Source of the DNA: the human T2T-CHM13v2.0 reference genome, Homo sapiens
Direction: 5' to 3' (one strand)
DNA length: 64,000 nucleotides
Assembly (NCBI RefSeq): GCF_009914755.1
Contig: NC_060928.1
Position 1 is the stretch's first letter, and each line of letters begins with the position of its first letter. Shown here one piece after another: positions 50,031 to 64,000 of the stretch. Both the position numbers and the translations under genes were made by a program. The notes under the pieces were generated by a model. That model worked only from the letters and a program-made list of their open reading frames with translations. It was not told the DNA's origin and searched no databases.

Positions 50031-50392
50031 AAGATAGGTCATAGGTCCAAATGCAGAAGCTAAAACTATAAGGCTTCTAAAAGAATAACAGGAGAATATC
50101 TTCAAGCCATTAAGAAAGGCAAAGATTTCTCAATAGACACAACAGTACTCAGTAGAAAATAACAAAATTGATACATTGACTTGATCAGAAAAAAATAGTC
50201 TCCTTATCTGAAGACGTCATTTACAAATGAATAAGCAATCCAAGGAGTGGGAAAAAAAGTTTGCAATTGGAGCATCCAACAAAAGATTTTTGTCCAGAAT
50301 ATATATAACTAACACAAATCAACAATAAAAAGACAAAGGCAGAGTAAAAAGCAGGCAAAACACCTGAACATATAATTGACAAAATAAGTTAT
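50031..50392 (+). mobile_element. Old L1M ORF2 fragment, inverted relative to the adjacent 3' end
   Basis: GCTAAAACTATAAGGCTTCTAAAAGAA..AGGCAAAGATTTCT..TGTCCAGAATATATA. Confidence 0.7.
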
Positions 50393-51844
50393 CTGTTAGA
50401 GGACTCGAATTACCTAAGTTCAGGGCTTATTTTACCCTATGGTATTCTGACCATGTGATATTGGGGAAAAAAAATACAAAAATAAATTGTAACAAAATAG
50501 TAAGTCCAGGAGCAAACTCAGACATATATTTAACAACTTCCCTTTTTAACCCGTTATTCCATTGCCCTCAGTAACCCATTATTCTCACTGTCCTATGTCA
50601 ATGATCTCCTCTCACCATACAGTAACTTGGGCTCCAAAGTATCCACTTTATTCTATCTCCTGGTTTTCACTAGAGTACATGTTATCAGCCACCTATTAAG
50701 AAATCATGTTTTCTCACCAAAATAACTCATAACATGGCATAGTTGTCTGGTAGTTTATTTAATTCTATTTGTAGGTTGAAACTTATCTGTTAATACAACT
50801 ATACCTGAGTATTTATTAAGAGATAAAGGGAAATAAGCACTGTGAGAATGTAAGTAAAACAATAAAAAGGCAAGAACTATGTCTTGGTCACAACTTAAGT
50901 CACACCACATAGGAGCCCTGACTCCACCTGTGTGGAAAAACATAATCCAAACCTCAGACATGTGACTGGAAATGATAGGAAATATGAGATACGCTACTTT
51001 CTACTAAACTGGAACCTGTAGAGGCCAGTCTTTATTCATATTAGACTTATTGAAATAGCCTCAGTTTCTGGTCTCCTGAGTAATGTGGTGTGATGAGCTG
51101 TTACTACTTTTTTTTCAGATTTGCTTTTGCTTATTTATTTGTTTGTGTTGGTTGGTTGGTTGGTAGGTAGTGAGGACAATATTTAATGATAAGGAGAAAT
51201 ACATATAACATTAATTGAAACAAATCAGAACATGTTATAGAATATGTACAGTTGTTAGTACTATTTTTAATCGCATGATGTCTATTTAAGGATTAAAAAT
51301 GAGAGTAGTAAGCCACAGTAATCAGTAGTAACTGGGAAAAATGGTAATCTGACTATAGGGTTATCAAATCTAATGCTTCTTAGTCATTTTGCAGCAGTGT
51401 TATAAATCTTGACTTTGGGAATTATTTTCAGTTCCACAGATTACTTCCAATAATATAAATCAAAGGGAAAAACATTGCTGGGTTGAGGGGTGGATGGGTG
51501 GATGGGGTGGGTGTTCAGGCAGAAAGGCAGGAAGACAGGTCCCAACTGGGCCTTTTGGAGAAAGATGATTATAACCAATCATCTTTCAGGAAGAGGAAAT
51601 TATTTCTGACAAGTTTACCAAATACTTTTATATATGTTACATCATTTTTAAGCAATGTGGCAACCCTTTACAATAGCTATTATTGTAGATTGGTTTAATG
51701 ATTTCCATTGATTTACTTATTTATTACTGATGAAGATCCTAAGTTTGAGAGACATTGAGGAATATTCTCAAAGTCCCAATCAGCACTAAAATTTTATCCT
51801 AAATTTGAACTGATCTGACTCAAAGCCCCATATTGTTCCCACTA

Positions 51845-52095
51845 GCAAGGCAGTATTGTCTGATGGTTAAAAACACAGCTTCGGTGGCAAGATTCTTGGG
51901 TGAAAATCCTGGCTTTGTTTCTCATTCATCGTTTAAACTTGAACAAGTCATTTGCTCTTATATGCAACATGGGAGTAACAGAACACCTATCTCATAAAGT
52001 AGTTGTGAGGATTAAAAGTGTTACTATAGGTAAAGCCCTGATAAGAGTTCCCAACACATTATGAGCTCAATAAATGCCTGCTCTTGTTATTGTGA
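51845..52095 (+). mobile_element. MIR
   Basis: GGCAGTATTG..TGGTTAAAAACACAG..CCTATCTCATAAAGTAGTTGTGAGGATTAAA..CTCAATAAATG. Confidence 0.75.
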
Positions 52096-52118
52096 CACTG
52101 TATAACTTCTAGTATGTA

Positions 52119-52140
52119 TGTGTGTGTGTGTGTGTGTGTG
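52119..52140. repeat. (TG)n microsatellite
   Basis: Directly visible. Confidence 0.95.
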
Positions 52141-52742
52141 TATGTATCCACTTAGCATGTTGTTACAATGTCTGAATATATTTTAAGTGAGTTGAATGGT
52201 AATGTGTATTTCTCCTTGAGACAGAAACCTTATTTACTTATTTGCTTATTACACACTAAAATTTTTTGGAAAGAAGAAAAATAAATATGCATATGAGATA
52301 GTGGCAAATGTGATAATTATCTTCTGACTGGATAAGCAGTAGACTGAGTCATGCCCAGTTACCCAATTAGCCACCATCATCAAAACTATAGTTGCTATCT
52401 TGGCATAATTGTTCATATTTTTTTGGTAGAAACATATGGAGTAACTGTACACAGCACTGTCTGACAATTAAAATCTAAATGATCATAGTGCTTCAAGATG
52501 TCCTCCGACTAATTAGAAAAGTGATTGAAGAGGCATAATTTGAAAGTTTGTCAGTATTAGGGATTAACTGGTATTCTGCTATTAGATATTGAAACTTAGA
52601 CTACTTTTATCTAAAAAATTATTAGTGTTTCATCACGTTTATAGGAATGAACTTGAGGAAACAAATCCTAAACAATTATTTCTGCTTATGAAGAACTTAT
52701 CTCCAAAGCATGGCTTCAGATTTTTCACTCAGAGCAATGTAA

Positions 52743-53122
<380 letters not shown>

Positions 53123-53629
53123 AGGTAACTCATGCTTTTCTATGTTTTCCATTTCTCCCTTTACATAAATGTTCCTTCTTCTCTAATCCAGAATATTAAA
53201 TTGCAGGAACAATATTGTAGACTTCTTAGATTTTCCAAGTATCCTCTGCAGTTTCTCATGAGGTGCTAGGCATGGAGTTGTTAGTAATGCATATTTGATG
53301 ATCTTCAAATTAGTATGATTTGGTTTCATCCCTTTGCTTCACCTTTTTTCCCTTTGAGAAATCTTCATTTTTTTCCCATATCCTTTCTTTCTACCTTTAG
53401 CTCAATTCTCCATTGAGTTTGTCCATTCTTCTCCATTAGGCCAAAATACACATCTGTGGTTCTTAATACTATCTTCATGATGCTTTCAAAGAGAAGCAAT
53501 ATATTAAGCATTTTATTCACTTGTTCCCAAATAGCAAATGCTTACTATTTGTTTGGCTCTCTATTCCAGATTCTAAGAGTGTTTATGTAAAGAAAACAAA
53601 AACAAATTCTGCCCTCATTCTGTGAGGAA

Positions 53630-54442
53630 AACATGAAAGAATTCTCAAAAGAAGATATACAAATGGCCAACAAGCATATGTAAAAATGCTCAACATCATG
53701 GACAAATCAAAACCACAATGCGATACCACCTCACTCCTATAAGAATGGCCATAATAAAAAAATCAAAAAATGATAGATGTTGGCGTGGATGCAGTGAAAA
53801 GGGAATACTTCTACACTGCTGGTGGGAATGGAAACTAGTACGACCACAATGGAAAACAGTGTGGAGACTCCTTAAAGAACTAAAAGTGGCTCTACTGTTT
53901 GATCCAGCAATCCCACTCCTGGGTATCTACCAGAGGAAAATAAGTCATTATATGAAAATGATACTTGGACACACATGTTTATAGCAACACAGTTTGCAAT
54001 TGGAAAAATATGGAACCAGCCCAAATGCCCATCAGCTAATGAGTGGATAAAGAAAACATGATAAACATAACATGGACTACACTCAGCCATAAAATGGAAC
54101 AAAATAATGGCATTTGCAGCAACCTGGATGGAAATGGAGACTGAGACTATTATTCTAAGTGAAGTAACTCAGGAGTGAAAAAACAAACATCATATGTTCT
54201 CACTCATATGTGGGAGCTAAGCTATGTGGATGCAAACATATAAGAATGATACATTGGACTTTGGGGTCTCGGGGAACGTGTGAGGGGTGGCAATGGATAA
54301 AAGACTACATATTGGGTACAGGATACACTTTTCAGGTGACGGGTGCACCAAAATCTCAGAAGTCACCACTAAAGAATTTATTCATGTAACCAAACACCAC
54401 CTGTTCCCCCAAAACCTATTGAAATGAAAAAATAAAAAAGAA
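53630..54442 (+). mobile_element. 5'-truncated L1PB 3' end
   Basis: ORF2 C-terminal peptide [35 protein letters not shown] and an L1PB 3' UTR homologous to 37750-38690. Confidence 0.9.
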
Positions 54443-57059
54443 ACTACACAAACAAATGAATGAAACAAGAGATGGAGATAGAGATTACTGGATTGGAAAG
54501 GAGAGGAATAAGGAGAATGGCTTCTTTGAGAGAGTGGTGTTTGAGCAGAGGTGTAAAGGATGAGAAGAGTCAAGCTTGAAAATATTTGTATTTGAGGCAG
54601 ATGGAACATCCCATGAAGAGTGCTGAAATGGGAACAAAATGATGTTTTTGAAAAAACAGGAAGAAAACAAAATGCCTAAAAAGTAGTTAACAAGTGTGAG
54701 AGGATGCGTGAGTTCAGAGTTCTTTGTTACGGAGATGAGAATCTACTCTAAATTACGTTAGGAAATGAATTAAGAAATATTAGGAAGCTCATCTCTAAGA
54801 AAGCTGTAGAGTCAGTCTCAGCAGGTTGGAGCTGCATACATGCCACAATGTGGGCATTGCTCCAGTGAGATGATCACTGCCTCTGCTGCTCAGCACAAAC
54901 ATGGCAGCTCACACCTTTAAGGCTGGATACAAGGTTCCCAGGACTCTGCCTCCATCCCCACCGAAGAATGCATTCTGCACTGTATGCACTTCCCCCTATT
55001 GCTTACTTCCAAATCCAAAGTCTCCCAAACTTTTCTGATTGGCAGAGCCAAGGTAATCTAGCCAGCCAATACGAAGCCTGAGAGATGGCGTTCTCACTTC
55101 TAACTTGAGAACAAGGCGCTGATTAGGAACCATAGGAAGGATGTTCAAAAGATACCAGATCATTGAACATGTGACAAATAGCCACTAGATCACAAAAAAA
55201 TAGGATTTGTAAAATGTTAATATAATGTCAAGTGTATTATGATTTTCATATTCTTCCCCAAATTTTGCATCATAGAAATAAGTAATTGAAAAATACAAAA
55301 CATACATGACTTCCCCAGCATCACAGAATTAGTGAGAGAATGAGAGTGTCAGTATCAACGATGTGTGGCTGAATTTATGGAGTGCCTTGGAAGGCTATTT
55401 AATCAGCAGGGCTATCTCTGTCAACACGAGCAAGGGCTGCTCCCCACTATGTCAAATCTCGTTGGCATCATCAACTGGAAGTGAGGCCTATCTCTTGAGA
55501 ATTGGCATATCACTTCCGTGGGACATTGAGGTGGAGATCATTGACCATTGTAAGTAAGTGTGGATTATTAAAAGACTTGCAGAAAATGAGTCGTTCTCAA
55601 AAGTATCATTGAAATACTACACTTCTATAGTTATAACTACCATGTTGCTAACATCACGAAGATCATTTTTAAAGAGGGATTGAAGACATTTTAAAATTCA
55701 TCAATATACCAAAACAGTTTTCTTTTCATGAATTTAAAATGTATTATATTTGCAAATCAGCTGAACATCTTCAGAGCCTATATTTATGTGACCAGAAAAG
55801 TGCCTACCAGATACTTATTACCAGATGATGTAATGAAGCAAAGATGTGAATCTTTTAGGACTTCATCGAATGCCTTAGAGAATGAAACTTTTTCCAAAAC
55901 TCCATTTTGCATACAGTTAAGAAACAGTTACATTCTATTCATCCCACAGAAATGTCTATTACGAGTAAAACACTTGCTATTTTAAGGCAGTGGAAAGGAA
56001 ATAAGATTATGTATCAGAATAACCTGGGGGAAATGTGCTAAAATAAGGACTCAGGGTTTCACTGCAAGAATCTGATTCATTGTCATCTCTCAGGGGCCCA
56101 GAGATCCAATACATATAATGCATTCATCAATAATTGGATATTATTATAATATGTCCCCAAGCAAATTTCTTACTGAAATCACATGATTTTCATCTCATCA
56201 GAGATGTAAAAAGTAAGAGTTACTACAAAAATAGGCCTCAAATGTTCTGCAGAAGCCATTTCAATGGTGACTACACAAAGGGCATGATGAAAATTGATCT
56301 TCCTGAGACATTACACAGAAAAGTCCTCCCTTTTCTCTGCTAAAGTCTACACACCTCTAATCATTGAACACTCGTTTAAAGTAATCTTTGGCAAAGCTCT
56401 ATAATAGTAATAAAGGCGTGAAATATTAGTCTACATTTACTAGTTTTCCACAAGTAGTTTCAGATTTTTCCGGAAGAGATATGACTCCAGATTGTTCCTA
56501 AGGAATTGCATCTAAAGATTTAAAACACTAATTGCAACAAAGAGAATAGATGCCATGGTCAAAGACAAATTTACTACTAATTCACTTTGTCTTCATATTT
56601 TATCTAAATTAAAAAAGAAAAGGGAAAGGGAAAATTGGAGATCGGCATTGTACTGAAGGTCAAAGACAAATATGCAAAAATATTTCTGCTCTTCTCTGCC
56701 TTACCTTCATTCTGAGTGCCACAAACAATAGAGAGAGAAACAGTGAAATTTCTACTTGAAAACCCTACTCAAGTGAAGGATACGTTCCTTACTTAAATTG
56801 TGTAACATCACTGACATTGTCTTTATTTAGCACGATGTTGTCCTTGCTTTCTTTTAGAGTATTAAAAAATATTGTTAAAGTTTAATAGGTTTACTCCCAA
56901 TGTTAGCTACCTTAGTCACTCAAGTGTTTTTCTATATAATCATTCATTCTTAAAATATGAATTAACCTACCACAAAAAACCAAACCCCATGTTTAAGATA
57001 ATACCACCATAAATTGATGAGGAAGTAGGGGTGCGTATTCCATGTTTAAATTTCCTTTA

Positions 57060-60010
57060 GGTAGATTAACAATAAAGAAAAAAATGTACGACAAGAGATA
57101 AAACATTAAGGACTGATTTCAAAAACTAATGAGATGATATTCAAAAAATAATAGGATATGTTTAAAAAAAGCTACAATTAATTTTTGAAAATTATAAAAG
57201 TAGACCAATCTCTAGGACACATAGTAAAAATGTAAACAAGATGAAAAAAATTGGAAATGAGAAAAGAACTATAACAATACAGAGATTTTTATAAGAAAAT
57301 CACGTTTATAATTATAGTTAATACATATAAAATTCTATATTTTTGTGATAAATCAATTACCCAAACCAAAGCTTTGAAAACTAAAGTCTAATAACTACAT
57401 AAGATATAGAGTAAGTTATCAATAATTTGCCTTCTTAAAAGAATTTTGGATTATATTGTTTTACACATATCATTATAGTTTTCTATGCTACAGAATCTAG
57501 TCCTGAAACTAGAAATTAGGAATGATTCCTTAAATAAAAGCTATGCATCAATGACACCTGTTAAATGCCACTATGGCAACCCTAAAGAAAATCCAGTCCG
57601 ACCATCATGTTGACTACCTAGCGTTTATCCCAGGAATAAAAGATGTGTTTAATATTAGGATGTCTATTTATATAGTGCACATATCAATAAGTAGAAGAAA
57701 AACATGGATATCATAGACGATGTCAAAAAGTATTGCCAAAAATGTATTGATTGCTAATTTAAAAGAAATGTTTTTACATAGAACAACCTCATAAAATAAT
57801 AATTTAATGTACCATATATACTTATAGTAAACATCTAATGCTTACATTTACAGCAATAAGTTTCAATAATGTGTACCCTCTTTAATAGAAATATTAGGAA
57901 AAAATCAATATCTGACTTTAAAAGAAATGGAAATAGTTTAAGAAAAGACAAAAAGAAGTAACTAAAAAATGAGACAATAATTTCAAGAACTGTCATAGTG
58001 GGGATGTGTTGGAGAGGAGAGGCCTCTCCAGGGCTAGAGTGTCTATATCAAGGTACATATCTTGACATTATATAAGCTTCTAGGTGCTAGAGAAAGTATT
58101 AATATTTACATGAAATCGGAACATTTATGTTAGGCATGTGAGAAGCAGTGAGCTGAAGATGGTCCACCTGCAGTAAGTTAGGATCTTAGAGTGGAAAATA
58201 GGGCAGTGTACTTGGAGTACATCATTACAAGAAATGACAAGGAAGTTTTACATGTGGGAAAGCACTATTCTGCGATAAAATAAAAGACTAGAGATTAAAT
58301 GTGTGGAATGCAGCTAAATTGGTGTTTATAGAGAAATGTATAAAGTTATGTAGATCTTTAAAAAGATTTACAACTAATTAGTTAAATAATCAAAGTATTA
58401 AAGTATAAAATAAAACTAGATTAAAAGAGTATTAGATGAATGGAATTCTTAAGTCAGAGTAAAAAGTAATGTAACCAAAATTAAAGAATTGATCGAAGTG
58501 ATTAATAAAATGAAATTTAGTTTATTAAAAAGACAAATTCAAAACAAAAATTAATTAAGGAAAAGAGACAAAGTCACGAATAAAATCAAGTCTGCAAAAT
58601 GGCATGCAGCTTTAGGGTAAAGATTTTAAAAAAGCATAAGAGTTTATTATGAACAATCTTATTGCAATGAATTGAAAATTTTTAAATGTATATAAAATTT
58701 CCAGAAAAATGTAAAATACCAAGTCTAGCTCAAGAAAATATGGAATATAGCTAAGTATTATTTAGGATTAGCTTTGTAGCTGTTATTAGAAAAGATCTCC
58801 CCACATAGGGATCAAACAAAGCAGAACTATAGTGCTTTCTCTGGTGGAAGTTCAAGCAGGTTAAGGCTATGGGCGGCTCTGCTTCAGCTTACTGTAGAAT
58901 TCTGTTTCTTTTCTCCATGGTCTAAGATGATGTCTGGATCTGCATCCAGCACAGGAAGAAAACAACAACAAAAACAGACAAACAATTTGAGCAAAGAAAA
59001 TTACATGACAATCTCACTTAAGAATTTATGTGCAAATTCCTTGGATTAAATATTGTCAAATTGAGGGGGGATATACTATCTAGATAGAGAATATCCACAC
59101 TTAGAATATAACAGTGAGAAAAGAGGGATTATGTGATAGATGGTCATAGACAAGTGGTTATCCATATAAAAAATTAATACTAGGTCATTTTTTCATATCA
59201 TATAAACAAACAGTAATTCCCATGTGTATTAAAGTTTGAAAAGCTAAACTTGAAAATGCTTAGAAGAAAAAAAACCTATCTTTATGAAATTGAAACAGAA
59301 AACAATTTGCTTATTGACACATAATCTACAAATTATATGCCACTTTATTTTGAAACAAAAATTTCTGCATTACAGAAGATATCATAAAGTAGAATATTAA
59401 GCCACCGACTTGGAGAAGATATTCGCAATGAAAAAACAAAACACCAACAGTAAAAATAATACCCAGAACATGTCAATAATTTCTTCAAATTAATAACAAA
59501 AAATAGGAAAAAAGGGCAAAAGACTTGGGTAGACACTTCCTAGAGATAAGCTTAAATTTTCAACATACATGAAAAAATTATCAGTTTTGCATCATGGAAA
59601 CACAAAAGAAAACGAAAGTGAGATTGAAAAAAACCCTTTCTATTGTAGCTTTGATTGTAAAATCTGGTACCGAGTAGTACTGAAAACAAGAGGAAAAGAG
59701 AAACACATATGTTGCTGATGTGAATACAAAATGGTATAAGCACTTTAAAGAGAAATTGCCACAACCTAGGAAAGATGAAGAAGCACATATCCTACAACCT
59801 AGTATTTCTGCCTCAATACCTACACTATAAAGAAAAATCTTGCTCATGTTCTTTACAAGAGGTGCATGAGAAAGTTTACCGAAGCTTTGTTTGTAGAAAT
59901 AAGAAATAGAAACACAAATATTGAATAAAAATATATTACTAAATATTCATTAAATTGTACAACACATAGCCATTGTAATCAGCATGTATCAGCACAAGAG
60001 ATTGTATAAA
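57060..60010 (+). mobile_element. Patchwork of very old L1M ORF2/3' fragments
   Basis: A-rich sequence with scattered L1 motifs (TTTATCCCAGGAAT..GTTTAATATTAGG, GGGCAAAAGACTTG..AGACACTTC). Boundaries uncertain. Confidence 0.5.
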
Positions 60011-61048
60011 CTGTAGAGCACATGAAGAGGTGTGCACCTGGGGAATGAGTCTGACCCAATCCCCACTGTTCACCTTACAGACTCTACATTGTCTGCAAGA
60101 CCCATGGAGAATCTAAGGTCCAGGCTTAGTTGGTGAAATTCTCTAGGCAAAGTCAAGAGATCGTTTCATTTTTCAATGCCACCCCAAACCTGAAAGAACA
60201 TGAGATGAGAAAAAGTCTGCAGATGATTTTATTATATTTTTTATTTTTATTTTAAGTTCAGGGTACAAGTGCAGGTTTGTTACATAGGTAAACTTGTGTC
60301 ATGGGGTTTGTTTTACAGATTATTTCTTCACTCAGGTATTTGGCCTACTACCTATTAGTTATTTCTCCTGATCTTCTCCCTCCTCCCACCCTCCCTCCTC
60401 TGATAGGCTCCAGTTTGTGTTGTTCCACTCTTTGTGTCCATGTGTTCTCATAATTCAGCTCCCACTTATAAGTGAGAACATGTGGTATTTGTTTTGCTGT
60501 TCCTTCATTAGTTTGCTAAGGATAATGGGCTCCAACTCCATCCATGTTCCTGCAAAGGACATGATCTTATTACTTTTTATGACTGCATAGTATTCCATGG
60601 TGTATATGTACATTTTCTTTCCGTGTATCATTGATGGGCATTTAGGTTGATTCCATGTCTTTCCTATTTTGAATAGTAGTGCAAAGAATATATGTGTTCA
60701 TCTGTCTTTAAAACAGAACAATTTATATTCCTTTGGATATATACCCAGTAATGAGATTGCTGGGTCAAATGGTATTTCCGTTTTTAGGTCCTTGAGGAAT
60801 CACAACACTGTCTTCCACAGTGCTTTAAGCAGTTTACACTCCCAACAACAATGGATAAATGTCCCTTTTTCTTTACAACCAAACCAGCGTCTATTATTTT
60901 TTGCCTTTTTAATAATAGTCATTCTAACTGGTGTGAGATGGTGTCTCATTGTGGTTTTGGTTTGCATTTCTCTAATGGTTAGTAATGTTGAGCTTTTTTT
61001 TTTTTCATAAGACTGTTGGTTGCATGCATGTCTTCTTTTGAAAAGTGT

Positions 61049-61357
61049 CATTGGGTGCAGTGGCTTATGCCTGTAATCCCAGAACTTTGGGAGGCCGAGG
61101 CGGGCAGATCACTTGAGGCCAGGAGTTTGAGACCAACTTGGCCAACATGGCAAAACCCTTTCTCTACTAAAAATACAAAAATTTTATTCAGGCGTGATGG
61201 CACATTCCTGTAATCCTAGCTAGTCAGGTGGCTGAGGCATGAGAATTGCTTGAACCTGGGAGACGGAGGTTGCAGTGAGCCGAGATCACACCACTCACTC
61301 CAGCCTGTGTGACAGAGTGAGACTGTTTCAAAAAAAAAAAAAAAAAAAAAAAAAAAA
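61049..61357 (+). mobile_element. AluS (Sz/Sx-like) nested in L1PA
   Basis: Alu dimer with an A28 tail. Confidence 0.9.
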
Positions 61358-62280
61358 CACGAAAGTAAAGTAGTTCATGCCTTTTGCCTAATTTTCATTA
61401 GGGTTGTTTGTTTGTTTTCTTGTAATTCATTTAAGTTGCTTATAAATACTGGATATTGGACCCTTGCCGGATGCACAGTTTACAAAAATTTTCTCCCATT
61501 CTATAGGCTGTCTTTACAGTCCATGGATAGTTTTCTTTGCTGTGAAGAAGCTTTTTAGTGTAATTAGACCCCTTTTGTCAATGTTTGCATTTGTTGCAAC
61601 TGCTTTTCATGTCTTCCTCATGAAATTTTTGCCTCTTTTTATGTCTAGAATGGTATCGCCTAGGTTGTCTTCCAAGGTTTTTATAGTTTTGGGTTTTACA
61701 TTTAAGTCTTTAATCCATCTTCAGTTAATTTTTGTATATGGTATAAGCAAGGGGTCCAGTTTTAGTCTGGCATACGGCTAGCAGTTATCCCAGCACCATT
61801 TATTGTATAGGGAATCCTTTCCCCATTGCTTGTTTTTGACAGGTTTGTCAAAGATAGATAGTTGTAGGTATGCAGCCTTGTTTCTAGGTTCTCTATTCTG
61901 TTCCATTGGTCTATGTGTCTGTTTTTGTACCAACACTATGCTGTTTCGGTTACTGAAGTCAAGCAGCGTGATGCCTCCAGCTTTGCTGTTTTTGCTTAGG
62001 ATTGCCTTCGCTATTCACGCTCTTGTTTTGGTTCCATATGAATTTTAAAATAGTTTTTTCTAGTTCTGTGACAAATGTCAATGGTAGTTTAATAGGAATA
62101 CCACTGAATCTGTAAAATACTTTGGGCAGTACAGCCATTTTAACGATATTGTTCCTTCCTATCCATGAGCATGAAATGTTTTTCCATTTGTCATCTCTGA
62201 TTTCTTTGAGCAGTGTTTTGTAGTTCTCCTTGTAGAGATTTTTCACCTTCCCGGTTAGCTGTATTCATAGGTATTTTGCA

Positions 62281-62283
62281 TGT

Positions 62284-62324
<41 letters not shown>

Positions 62325-62328
62325 TGTG
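62281..62328. repeat. (TG)n microsatellite in L1
   Basis: Directly visible. Confidence 0.95.
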
Positions 62329-64000
62329 TTGCAGTTGTGAATGGGATTGCATTCCTGATTTGGTTCTTGGCTTGCCTATTGTTGTAGAAGAATGCTAGTC
62401 ATTTTTGCACATTGATTTTGTATCCTGAGATTTTGCTGAAGTTGTTTATCAGCTTAAGAAGCTTTTGTGCTGAGAAATGGGTTTTTCTAGACACGGACTA
62501 TGTTGTTTGCAAACAGAGAAAGTTTGACTTCCTCTCTTCCTATCTGAATGCCCTTTATTTCCTTCCCTTGCCTGATTGCCCTGGCCAGGACATCCAATAC
62601 TATGTTGAAGAAGAGCAGAGAAAAAGGGCATCCTTGTCTTGTGCCGGTTTTCAAGAGGAACGCTTCCAACTTTTGCCCATTCACTATGATGTTTGCTCTG
62701 GGTTTGTCATTAACAGTTCTTATTATTGTGAGGTATGTTTCTTCAATACTGAGTTTACTGAGAGTTTTTAACATGAAGGGCTGTTGAATTTTATCAAAAG
62801 ACTTTTCTGCATCTATTGAGATAATCACGTGATCTTTGTCTTTAGTTCTATTTATGCGATGAATCACATGTATTGATTTGCATAAACTGAACCAACCTTG
62901 CATCCCAGGGATAAAGCCTACTTAGTTATGGTGGGTAACCTTTTCGATATGCTACCAGATTCAGTTTCCCAGTACTCTGCTGAGGACTTTTGCATCACAA
63001 CTAAAAGAACTAGAGAAAGAAGAGCAAAAAAATCCCAAAACTAGCAGAAGATAAGAAATAACCAAAATCAAACCTGAACTGAAGGAGATTGAGACACCAA
63101 AAACCATTCAAAAGATCAACTAATCCAGGAGCTGTTTTTTTGAAAACATTAATAAAATAGATAGACCCCTAGCTAGACTAATAAAGAAAAGAGAGAAGAT
63201 TCAAATAAACAGAATCAGAAATGACAAGGAGATATTATCGCTGACCCCACAAAAATACAAACAACCATCAGATAATATTATGAACACCTCTATGCACATC
63301 GACTAATCTAGAAAAAAATCTAGAAAAAAATGAATAAATTCCTGGACACAAACACCCTCTCAAGACTGAACCAGGAAGAAACTGAATCCCTGAACACAGC
63401 AATAATGAACTCTGAAATTGAGTCAGTAATAAATAGCCTACCAACCAAGAGCTGCCCAGGATCAGACAGATTCACAGCCACATTCATACGGATGAATGTA
63501 CGAAGAAGAGCTGGTAACATTCCTGCTGAAACAATTCCAAAAAATTGAGGAGAGACTCCTCCGTAACTCATTCTATGAAGCCAAACTCATCCTGATACCA
63601 AAATTTGGCAGAGCCACGACTAAAAGAGAAAACTTCAGATAATTTTAAATAGGTATGCATAATAAAAATCAATATAAATACAGGTATGCAACTCTAAAAG
63701 TTTTATATCTACAGATACATAAAACTAAAATAAAATACATTACTGAATAATGAAAATCTACATTATAAAAGGAAAACAGTCTCTAATGCATAATTCAGTG
63801 TTCAATTATAGCTGAGGAACTATGGAACAATGAAGATAATCATAAATGTTTATAACTCTAAGGAAACACAACTTAGGTTGAGTAGAAATTCATTCAAAGA
63901 AGGAAGCAGAAAATATGAAGAGAATGCTGGCTAATATTTAATTGAAGTTAGTAATATAAAAATATAGCAGATATACACAATTGATAAATTTTTAGAAACA

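Larger units (their letters stand above)
60232..63638 (-). mobile_element. 5'-inverted (twin-primed) L1PA, about PA11-PA13
   Basis: Minus-strand 3' part at 60232-62997 (RT peptide [24 protein letters not shown]) and plus-strand ORF2 part at 62993-63638. TSD CAGATGATTTTA (60220-60231) / CAGATAATTTTA (63636-63647). Confidence 0.9.

Noticed and set aside
54500-56130. Possible L2, old MLT1 and MER5 fragments
   Set aside because: Similarity too weak by eye to give reliable family or boundaries.

Overview
This is AT-rich, gene-poor primate DNA, almost certainly human because it carries a consensus-perfect AluYb8. I see no intact protein-coding gene, RNA gene or CRISPR array. More than half of the window is decayed interspersed repeats: L1s of many ages, Alus, MaLR/ERV1 solo LTRs, MIRs, and hAT/Tigger/Mariner relics. 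The supplied ORFs are L1/Alu/LTR remnants or chance ORFs. The main non-repeat feature, missed by the ORF track, is an intronless, disabled copy of the last ~155 codons of ABCB4/MDR3 (22877-23354). It has no poly(A) tail or target-site duplication (TSD), sits between TA-rich, partly palindromic filler, and replaces part of an L1MA 3' UTR, suggesting mRNA capture at a DNA break. Other notable structures are a 270-bp templated local duplication inside an L1PB, a twin-primed inverted L1, two L1s with internal deletions rejoining at nearly the same ORF2 position, and an LTR12 promoter. Subfamily names come from recalled consensus sequences and need RepeatMasker/Dfam confirmation. I found no convincing new multi-gene biological system.
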